Positions 60,501 to 64,000 of a DNA stretch of 64,000 bases are shown one piece after another (positions within the stretch are counted from its first letter, which is position 1; each line of letters starts with the position of its first letter). The notes below the pieces were generated by a model that had not been told where the DNA came from, made no database searches, and saw only the letters and a list, made by a program, of their open reading frames with translations. Both the position numbers and the translations under genes were made by a program. The stretch is from Hormiphora californensis (Eukaryota > Animalia > Ctenophora): positions 1,922,001-1,986,000 of the forward strand of contig CM035353.1 in NCBI GenBank assembly GCA_020137815.1. Reading direction: 5' to 3'.

Positions 60501-63045
60501 TCAATAGTTGACGTATCAGCAAAACATATCTGGTCACATGGCTGATCGGAACAGGCGTTTTTTATACCTGAAGAAGGTATCAGTAATACACATCAGTAAC
60601 TTAGAATGGGACACAACTCTCAGACTCTACCCTTGACCATCCCATACTACCGCGGAGGGTCAGAACTTGATCTACCCTCAAATGTGATGTGCCACATGTC
60701 ACATACCCCAGTCACATTATGTGACTCACATACTCCGGTCACATGTCACGTACCCCAGTTAAAAGATCCCGTAACGATCTTCAGTTCCATAGTCGCTGCA
60801 TGGACGTCTGGTGTCACAACAGTTGCAGTCCTTTCTGAGTCATCCATACCGATCTTCACTGGAGAGAGGGAGGGGGCATAATAGAAAGAGGGAGGGAGTT
60901 AGTAAGAGAGAGAGAGAGAGAGAGAGAGGGAGGGGGTATAATAGAGAGTCTGCTTGTGAGATAGTACTTTGTTTAGATGTCTTAGGAGCATGTGAGTAGT
61001 TCCAGTCCTTTTCACACCCAATTCACCCTCAAACATTCACTCTCACTAGCAATACAGACACACACACAGACTCAATGTGTAAAACTGATTAGTTACAATG
61101 TGTGTGGGGTATTACCTATGACAAGGGGTGAAATAAGAAACGGAATCTCTTTATATACCTACAAAGAGCCAATAAAGTTAATTCGCTCTTTTTATCCCTC
61201 CCCAGGCGACTTGTTCTCCCGCTAGACAAACCACCGGTCTTCTTATCGAGACTGTGTGTGTGTGGGTGTGTGTGAGGGGGTCTGTATGTGTAAGAGACTG
61301 TGTGTGTGTGACAGAACTAACTAAACATGCGAGAGTCTCTTGTCATCATATTATCTCCCTCTCTCTCTCCCTCTTTCTCCCTCTCACACACAAAGAAACT
61401 TTCTAACTGTCACTTGGGATTCCCCCTCCCACCCCATATCTAATATGTGGCTGAAAACATGACCCGCTCTAAATACTAACTTATTCCAAGATTCTGCCAG
61501 TCGCTCCAATAAAAAGTCCTGTTGTAGACCTCCAGACTGAACCCAGTGGAGCCGGGGATCTGCTTTTCTTCAACTGGCACCCCACCATCATATCCTGAGA
61601 GACAGGGGGAGGTATTGGTTGGTGAGAGCGGTTGGTTCAGTTTGGAGCCCTTGTTATAGGCTCACGGTTTGACCATGAGAGGCACAGGGAGGTAAAACTT
61701 AAAATTTAAGAATCAGAACCATGTCAACTGCGTCATCAGCCGTTTAGAGGCATTCTGTTTAACAATCTTACTGTGTGTAAGCCAGGATCAGGAACCGACG
61801 AAACAAGTAAACAACCAATCAGAACTCGTTATTTAGGTAACGTAACTGGTTATCAGCCAATCAGGGACCAGTATTTCCTGATTCGGTCGGTTCCTGGTGT
61901 AAGCTGTCAGCTGACCTACCGATAGACATGATATTATCCTGGTACCCATCAATCCAATAAACCATCTTTGCTGGCCTATCAAGAGCCACGCCGTTAGGAA
62001 GGCTCCTGCCCCCAGTTGTCAGGTTGGCGAGAGAGGTTAGTTCGGTGCCGTCCAGTTTAGACCGGTATATCGCAGGGTTCTCACCTCGATCACTCCAAAA
62101 CAGGAATCTGAGGGGGGGGGTTTTGATATTAGTCTGATTTAGTTTTGATTTCTCGACTATATTGGTTTCTGCCACTCCAAAACAGGAATCTGAGGGGGGG
62201 GGGGGTTCTGATATTAGTCTGATTTAGTTTTGATTTCTCAACTATTGGTTTCTGGCTCTAAAATGCAGCAACTATAATAATACCCCTCCTTCCGTACACA
62301 TAAATCCTTCTCAACTGTGCTTCCTACAAATCAATTACTCATCGATATATATGGGAGTCTCCTATCCAAAACAATTACTCCCTAGCCTGTGGAAGGCGAT
62401 ACCCTGGATATAAAATCCCCGGAAAAGTTTTATGATATGCCATGCAGTGAGGTAGCCACACCGTGGACTATGTTGTCAGACACTGACTGTACATATGAGA
62501 CAATGACTATAATGATTTCGCTTTTCTCACCCATTTACAGGATCCACCTTAATACTCCTCAAAACACCAAATCGTTCACTGGTGACCACTGTAGCAATGT
62601 GGCCCGAGGGTGAAATGACCTTGATGGCGGGAGGGTCGCTGTCCGTCCAATAGAGATTCTTGGAGACCCAATCAATGGCAATACCGGAGGGAGATGTGGT
62701 ATCCCTAACTAGAACTGTTACTGCTCCTCCGACCTTTCCTTTACTGATAGTCTGCGGGGTGGATTGTGTTAACTGGGGAGGGGGTGGAGTGTGTTAACTT
62801 TTAGTCAGATCTAGAGGGCAGGAACCGACCGAATCAGGAAATACGGGTCCCTGATTGGCTGATAACCAGTCACATGACCTAAATAACGAGTTCTGATTGG
62901 TTGTTTACTTGTTTCGGTCGAGTCCGACTAATTACCTTTGTGGTTACGCAGCTCCAATAGTACACGCTATCAAGATGATCGTAGTCGAGTCCAACACCGA
63001 GTACAGAGTCCCCGTCAGCCCCAAAGTCTATCACATTACTGGCAC
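1..63045 (-). CDS. Giant multi-exon LRP-like (YWTD beta-propeller/EGF) protein, partial; host gene of five nested genes
   Basis: 53 exons traced manually with GT-AG ends and matching phases (two apparent 1-bp frameshifts and one garbled region aside). Repeated YWTD-type motifs ([38 protein letters not shown]) alternate with NNGGC-type EGF modules. No start or stop codon lies in the window. Confidence 0.93.
68..431. repeat. 38-39-bp tandem repeat containing the host 3' splice site
   Basis: Unit CCTTCATATCTGCAG(A/G)GATGGGGTAAGTGATAAC, about 9 copies. Confidence 0.9.
469..704. repeat. 21-25-bp tandem repeat containing the host 5' splice site
   Basis: Unit AAACCTACCAC/GCT..ACA.ACAAAC. Confidence 0.9.
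1275..1426. repeat. (GA)n microsatellite
   Basis: Direct reading. Confidence 0.97.
1850..4135 (+). CDS. Nested 3-exon small secreted protein (~141 aa), H-type-lectin-like fold inferred
   Basis: Exons 1850-1982, 3489-3635 and 3990-4135 join in phase. Signal peptide [19 protein letters not shown], then [10 protein letters not shown]...[21 protein letters not shown]...SFRVYV...[12 protein letters not shown]. Confidence 0.8.
2002..3234. mobile_element. Non-autonomous foldback DNA transposon with 8-bp TSD
   Basis: Ends GGCAGGTGAGTAGAACTTCGCTCCC and its reverse complement. Inverted arms are ~300 bp and include (AATAAAAGGCTGC)n. TSD ATATGTTC on both sides. Confidence 0.9.
3247..3355 (-). mobile_element. 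~108-bp hAT-type MITE
   Basis: TIR CAGGAACCGACCG, TSD GTTCTAAC. Confidence 0.9.
3658..3764 (-). mobile_element. ~108-bp hAT-type MITE
   Basis: Full-length copy of the family. Confidence 0.88.
4444..10457 (-). CDS. LRP-like host gene: propeller F, EGF and start of propeller G
   Basis: 10257-10457, 9995-10084 ([11 protein letters not shown]), 6643-6733, 6234-6371 (RANLDGT...PQGFAID), 5959-6132 (LYWTE), 5611-5714, 5323-5418 (EGF), 4666-4823, 4444-4542 (KIYWTD). Confidence 0.9.
4807..5230. repeat. ~41-bp (83-bp higher-order) tandem repeat spanning a host acceptor
   Basis: TTATTATGGGATCGGGTGTCATGTGGTTTA... units. Confidence 0.9.
6532..6624 (+). mobile_element. ~108-bp MITE, 3'-truncated
   Basis: Family core sequence present. 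Confidence 0.8.
6882..8222. mobile_element. Palindromic non-autonomous DNA transposon, CAC...GTG termini, 4-bp TSD (Chapaev/CMC-like)
   Basis: Arms 6882-7545 and 7559-8222 are near-perfect reverse complements with a 13-nt loop. TSD GGTA; removing the element restores the flanking satellite unit CCATGGTAACTGCC. Confidence 0.9.
8223..8502. repeat. 40-bp minisatellite with a GTTACCATGGTAAC palindrome
   Basis: Unit ACCATGGTAACTGCCAATGATCAGAGGGTAAACTAACGTT. Confidence 0.92.
8511..8783. mobile_element. MITE-like inverted repeat
   Basis: ATTTTATTATGCCT...GTTGTACCTGA on the left versus TCAGGTACAAC...AGGCATAATAAAAT on the right. Confidence 0.55.
9394..9976. mobile_element. MITE with subterminal GGACTCT(T/A)TATCTAAA repeats and ~9-10-bp TSD (Mutator-like)
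   Basis: Termini GGTGGGCGGACTC / GAGTCCGCACACC. Flanks ATCAAGACA / ATCAAAGACA. Confidence 0.7.
10642..13038 (-). CDS. LRP-like host gene: divergent propeller E plus EGF modules
   Basis: 12796-13038, 12491-12700, 12086-12207, 11340-11614, 11101-11249, 10642-10767 ([12 protein letters not shown]...[16 protein letters not shown]). Confidence 0.82.
11655..12068. repeat. 12-bp tandem repeat (ACTAGGATAGTA)n
   Basis: Fills most of a host intron. Confidence 0.95.
12336..12444 (+). mobile_element. ~108-bp hAT-type MITE
   Basis: Full-length copy. Confidence 0.88.
13349..14276 (-). CDS. LRP-like host gene: SUEL/Gal-lectin-like domain plus EGF
   Basis: 14148-14276 (YCE...ITCPVG...I), 13785-13920 (RSCP..EC...[13 protein letters not shown]...GKC...QL), 13349-13500 (VEVEC followed by an EGF). 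Cys spacing matches the SUEL pattern. Confidence 0.72.
13672..13769 (+). mobile_element. ~108-bp MITE, 3'-truncated
   Basis: Family core sequence present. Confidence 0.85.
14032..14139 (+). mobile_element. ~108-bp hAT-type MITE
   Basis: Full-length copy. Confidence 0.88.
14482..23359 (-). CDS. LRP-like host gene: EGF plus divergent propeller D
   Basis: 23201-23359 ([14 protein letters not shown]...CSC), 22923-23078, 22645-22726 (VIWGE...LDGS), 20130-20223 ([14 protein letters not shown]), 15626-15735 (LALNP...LYWT), 15111-15219, 14482-14766. Confidence 0.82.
15494..15602 (+). mobile_element. ~108-bp MITE with ~20-bp flanking direct repeat
   Basis: Full-length copy flanked by ATACGGGGAGGGG(G)TGTTTAA on both sides. 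Confidence 0.88.
16168..16980. repeat. GA/CT low-complexity tract
   Basis: Direct reading. Confidence 0.95.
17211..18197 (+). CDS. Nested intronless class A (rhodopsin-like) orphan GPCR, 328 aa
   Basis: Seven hydrophobic segments: GN in TM1, NIALVD in TM2, WVLG..C before TM3, SFLPY in TM6, NPLIY in TM7. The DRY motif is replaced by SKI. Confidence 0.92.
   Translation: MESNLSASFYYHIPASPVERGFLGMWMSTISLFSLLGNSFVLHSSIYHNSITLDHISVFLIRNIALVDLVMVGIILINLSSVIAGEWVLGSGVCDVASFVTIYLGICEIMSICALNISKITLLLNPLRARRRSAVTGKPLCIVMWIIPLFQVIPAYIFGRKQEFRVTYYSCQGYFEDDARSILIPKISATLFLILPMLIMAGGTVFLLVFLLRMRNQQRFNRQGVAVLILVSATYLTSFLPYGLVMVHRAKISVQRWSAIYYSRFACAALYISFTSNPLIYWISIRSFKEHTTQWFQGITVPVAMDTSSSNGKRNRSDPKQKTTKSIL
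18440..18862. mobile_element. MITE-like inverted repeat (~90-bp arms, AG-rich spacer, TTAA at the ends)
   Basis: TTAAGTCCAAAAACC...TAGGCTACTG on the left and its reverse complement at ~18772-18862. Confidence 0.75.
18930..19510. repeat. ~170-180-bp tandem repeat, about 3 copies (probably transposon-internal)
   Basis: Recurrent AAATAACGGCTTAACGGTGCGAGATA...CCCCCCATAAATCGAC...GAAAACGTTCTAGGA. Confidence 0.75.
20552..20707. mobile_element. Small MITE
   Basis: ACCAGAGGGGGG..CGGGTCTAAAA..GTCACTTTT on the left versus AAAAGTGAC..TTTTAGACCCG..CCCCCTCTGGT on the right. Confidence 0.6.
20750..21915 (+). mobile_element. 5'-truncated L2/CR1-group LINE (ORF2 C-terminus, 3' UTR, (TTA)n tail)
   Basis: ORF 20756-21517 contains LGVFLDS...[14 protein letters not shown]...LQRVLN...[12 protein letters not shown]...P.YL...FKSKLKT. 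The element ends in a tattattatt microsatellite. Confidence 0.9.
22761..22869 (+). mobile_element. ~108-bp hAT-type MITE
   Basis: Full-length copy. Confidence 0.88.
23299..23735. repeat. ~108-bp tandem duplication of a host exon 5' half plus its acceptor (4 copies)
   Basis: GCTATGGAGCAGCCCAGGGG...GACAGCTGAGGGGG repeated. Confidence 0.92.
23765..25688 (+). mobile_element. Head-to-tail trimer of Helitron-like non-autonomous units
   Basis: Units start TCTATATTATAAAGCAGAG at 23765, 24464 and 25052. Junctions are CTAG|TC. The array ends in CTAG at 25688, and the outer flanks are A and T with no TSD. Confidence 0.7.
25844..33375 (-). CDS. LRP-like host gene: non-LRP insert region with a PAN/apple-like Cys pattern
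   Basis: Phase-compatible exons 33257-33375, 27603-27732, 27168-27281 ([10 protein letters not shown]...EDCASYH), 26333-26464 (CSGITF...LRTGSDL...SW), 25844-25930. The domain name is inferred and the donor at 26333 was chosen by phase. Confidence 0.65.
26786..26891 (+). mobile_element. ~108-bp hAT-type MITE
   Basis: Near full-length copy. Confidence 0.87.
27476..27584 (+). mobile_element. ~108-bp hAT-type MITE
   Basis: Full-length copy, TSD AAAACAAC. Confidence 0.9.
27799..32492. mobile_element. 4.7-kb non-autonomous TIR element filled with TGGCGCCA palindromic satellite, 8-bp TSD
   Basis: Ends GGTAGTATGAAAGATTAGGTCGTGCGCGCC and its reverse complement, with ~290-bp inverted arms and TSD CCATTAAC. 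Internal ~1.5-kb tandem duplication (~29067-30573 vs ~30574-32097). Confidence 0.92.
32562..33236. mobile_element. hAT-like MITE with GGGGCGAAGCCCC hairpin subrepeats
   Basis: Termini CAGGGGTGGCCCCAG / CTGGGGCCACCACTG, inserted in a poly-C tract. Confidence 0.7.
33387..35802. repeat. 39-40-bp G-rich minisatellite, about 60 copies
   Basis: Unit CAGGGGTTAGGGGAGGGGGTCAGCCAAGCTGGGAACATA. Confidence 0.97.
36624..38398 (+). CDS. Nested multi-exon secreted protein with a C-terminal Sushi/CCP-like domain
   Basis: In-phase exons 36624-36669 (signal peptide [15 protein letters not shown]), 36767-36828, 36900-36980, 37064-37169, 37270-37377, 37566-37664, 37749-37822 and 37960-~38053 (C..LDPP...GTTVTITC...[10 protein letters not shown]...C). 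The last exon, 38361-38398, is tentative. Confidence 0.75.
38738..40619 (-). CDS. LRP-like host gene: rest of propeller C
   Basis: 40407-40619 ([19 protein letters not shown]...GWPNG), 39609-39715 (VFWVDA), 39115-39195 (HPFGLT...LYWTDW), 38738-38831 (...QQP). Confidence 0.92.
38924..39071. mobile_element. Tc1/mariner-pogo-type MITE (TA flanks)
   Basis: TA-CAGTCGGACCCCGATTT...AAATCGGGGTCGGACTG-TA. Confidence 0.8.
39713..40356. repeat. 36-bp minisatellite containing an acceptor-like TTACAG (minus strand)
   Basis: Unit GAAACTGTAACAGTAACAAGTGGGTTATCTTATAGG. Confidence 0.95.
42056..43218 (-). CDS. LRP-like host gene: EGF plus start of propeller C
   Basis: 43150-43218 ([14 protein letters not shown]), 42944-43015, 42632-42729, 42056-42148 ([14 protein letters not shown]). 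Confidence 0.87.
42170..42608. repeat. 20-bp minisatellite (CCATGGTGTTTTGGGTATCA)n
   Basis: Fills a host intron. Confidence 0.95.
42814..42922 (+). mobile_element. ~108-bp hAT-type MITE
   Basis: Full-length copy. Confidence 0.87.
43233..43505. repeat. 30-bp minisatellite, left block
   Basis: Unit GGGGACTGCCACGGGTCACTTTGGGGGTGT. Confidence 0.93.
44155..49648 (+). CDS. Nested LDLa-repeat GPCR (GRL101/RXFP-like 7TM, no leucine-rich repeats)
   Basis: Exons ~44155-45255, 45373-45470, 45545-45610, 45788-47658, 49065-49648. Signal peptide, LDLa motifs ([51 protein letters not shown]), and a 7TM with [11 protein letters not shown] and [10 protein letters not shown]. Confidence 0.92.
47730..49026. 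mobile_element. Non-autonomous foldback transposon in the LDLa-GPCR intron
   Basis: Ends GGCAGGTCGGAAGAATCTCGACACGCTATTACAG and its reverse complement. Nested inverted blocks and TATTACAGTACTGTAATA palindromes. Flanks ATCACGTTTC / ATCAAGTTTA. Confidence 0.88.
50157..50483. repeat. 30-bp minisatellite, right block (same unit and orientation)
   Basis: Unit GGGGACTGCCACGGG(T/G)CACTTTGGGGGTGT. Confidence 0.93.
50535..50848 (-). CDS. LRP-like host gene: end of propeller B plus EGF
   Basis: 50754-50848 (EKPFGIQ) and 50535-50642 ([16 protein letters not shown]...CMCP). Phases fit the flanking exons. Confidence 0.88.
52040..53318. mobile_element. Palindromic non-autonomous DNA transposon, TTAA TSD with GG...CC termini (Kolobok-like)
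   Basis: TTAA-GGGTACACCTCGGC...GCCGAGGTGTACCC-TTAA, with ~620-bp near-perfect arms and a short central spacer. Confidence 0.88.
53408..57957 (+). CDS. Nested calmodulin-like 4-EF-hand protein with N- and C-terminal extensions
   Basis: In-phase exons 53408-53520, 54083-54184, 55099-55211 ([12 protein letters not shown]), 56038-56123 and 56226-56314 (DHDGDAVLNLCE), 56388-56455 ([12 protein letters not shown]), 56627-56775 ([12 protein letters not shown]), 57775-57957. The first two exons are less certain. Confidence 0.85.
54189..54840 (+). mobile_element. Split ~108-bp MITE inserted at a splice donor
   Basis: Left part 54189-54257 and right part ~54809-54840, with TSD ACAGGTAT. Satellite, poly-C and GC-rich sequence lie in between. 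Confidence 0.75.
54296..55111. repeat. 42-bp tandem repeat containing the EF-hand gene acceptor (interrupted)
   Basis: Unit CTCAGCATCTCGTAACAATTCACTCTGTTACTCCAG|GACAAAACCA. Confidence 0.9.
55225..55985. repeat. 33-bp minisatellite with CCAAATATGG in most units
   Basis: Unit CCAAATATGGGCATCCAATATTGACATCTCCTG. Confidence 0.95.
56788..56871 (+). mobile_element. ~108-bp MITE, 5'-truncated
   Basis: Family core sequence present. Confidence 0.83.
56876..57745. mobile_element. Longer member of the same TA-flanked MITE family
   Basis: TA-CAGTCGGACCCCGATTTAGTGGC...CACTAAATCGGGGTCCGACTG-TA, in the last intron of the EF-hand gene. Confidence 0.82.
57973..58049 (+). mobile_element. ~108-bp MITE, internal fragment
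   Basis: Family core sequence, flanked by a duplicated GAATAATAATAGTCGTCG. Confidence 0.8.
58275..59726 (-). CDS. LRP-like host gene: propeller B exons
   Basis: 59599-59726 (AIDFDY), 59126-59300 (VFWTD...[17 protein letters not shown]), 58624-58853 (PRALVLDP...LFYSDWG...WPNGLTMD), 58275-58459 (VYWVDA...YITDW). Confidence 0.92.
58872..59045. repeat. GGTTACCATG-based tandem repeat
   Basis: Direct reading. Confidence 0.88.
59444..59551 (+). mobile_element. ~108-bp hAT-type MITE
   Basis: Full-length copy, TSD CTATCGAG. Confidence 0.9.
59842..60567 (-). CDS. LRP-like host gene: two EGF exons
   Basis: 60442-60567 ([13 protein letters not shown]...CGC...C) and 59842-59967 ([14 protein letters not shown]...CSC...C). 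Confidence 0.88.
60754..63045 (-). CDS. LRP-like host gene: propeller A exons
   Basis: Exons 62936-63045, 62531-62751 ([18 protein letters not shown]), 61920-62107 ([20 protein letters not shown]...PNGVALD), 61481-61594 (FYWSDW), 60754-60858. Confidence 0.9.
61789..61895 (+). mobile_element. ~108-bp hAT-type MITE
   Basis: Full-length copy, flanking repeat GTGTAAGC. Confidence 0.88.
62819..62920 (-). mobile_element. ~108-bp hAT-type MITE
   Basis: Near full-length copy in reverse orientation. Confidence 0.85.
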
Positions 63046-63049
63046 CTGA

Positions 63050-64000
63050 TGGGGGGGGGCCCGCGTATTAAAATGTCCTTTAATGTCCCTCGATTTTTGG
63101 GACATTAAATTGGCCGTGTTTATTTAGGACATTAAAGGACATCAAAAGACATTAAAAGACATTAAAAGACATTAAATTATAACTTCCAAAAACCATTTCA
63201 AAATGTGTTACCAAACATGTTTATTACCACCAGTGTACTACTAAAGGTCCCACCTTTCGATTCCAATGAAGGTTCATAAATGTTAAGTGGTGATTAGGCT
63301 TGCTTTTGCGTGCGGTACCTTTTTACATGTGCATATTTCTAGCCTAGAAGATATCTCAAAATCATCTTATGAAACGAGTAGAGAAGACACCAAAAGCATT
63401 AAAGTGAGAGAGAACAGCCCCGATTTTGATGAAACTTAGTCAGAATAGTGTTTGGTGTCTAATTAGAAGTTAAATAATTAGTGCTCAAATCCTAAATTTA
63501 GGTTTTCCTAGGTTTTTTTTTAGGTTTTTGGCTTTTATTGGTTTCAGGAACGTCCTAGAACAAAATGAATAGAACCATCTTTCTCAGCGTGAAATTCTGC
63601 ATCGATTTTAGTGGCTAAAAACCTTTCTATGACGTAAAGTTATCCCAAAAAATCCCAAAAGGGTACATGTTATAGGGGCGGGTACATATTTTAGGCTAAC
63701 GGGCGAACCTCTTGTCAGAACACCATGTTATAGGTACTCAATCGACGTGTATTGAAGAGGAAATCATTTTGGTGAAAACCATTTTGATCTGCGATGTCTG
63801 TGCAACGAATAAAACCTAAAAAACCTTACCATATGAAGCATACCTGTTTGGTTTTTTGGGATAACTTCTGAATCTTACGACTAAATCATAGAAAGGTTTA
63901 TAGCCACTATAATCGATGCAGAATTTCACGCCGAGAAAGATGACTCTATTTATTTTGTTCTAGGACGTTCTTGAAACCCATAAAAGCCAAAAAACCTAAA
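63050..64000. mobile_element. Repeat element(s) with internal inverted repeats, truncated by the window end
   Basis: (GACATTAAAA)n subrepeats; ~63518-63632 is the reverse complement of ~63886-64000. Confidence 0.55.

Noticed and set aside
1-64000. tRNA, rRNA or other structured RNA genes
   Set aside because: I recognised none by eye. A covariance-model scan would be needed to exclude them.

Overview
Eukaryotic, intron-rich animal genomic DNA, most likely a ctenophore (Pleurobrachia-like). This is an inference from the gene content, the nested-gene layout and my recollection of the abundant ~108-bp MITE, not a database result. One giant minus-strand gene crosses the whole window and is open at both ends. 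I traced 53 GT-AG exons of it by hand. It encodes an LRP-like protein with at least 7 YWTD beta-propeller/EGF modules and no LDLa cluster in this stretch, interrupted by a PAN/apple-like region and a SUEL (rhamnose/galactose-lectin)-like domain. Five plus-strand genes are nested antisense in its introns: a small secreted H-lectin-like protein, an intronless class A GPCR, a secreted Sushi/CCP protein, an LDLa-GPCR without LRRs, and a 4-EF-hand calmodulin-like protein. The introns also carry about 17 copies of a hAT-type MITE, several long foldback DNA transposons with clear TSDs, a 4.7-kb GGCGCC-satellite transposon, a head-to-tail Helitron-like trimer, an L2/CR1 LINE fragment and many minisatellites. 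Many of the minisatellites are tandem copies of the adjacent splice site, and several are built on transcription-factor-like palindromes. Most entries in the supplied ORF track are translations of repeats.
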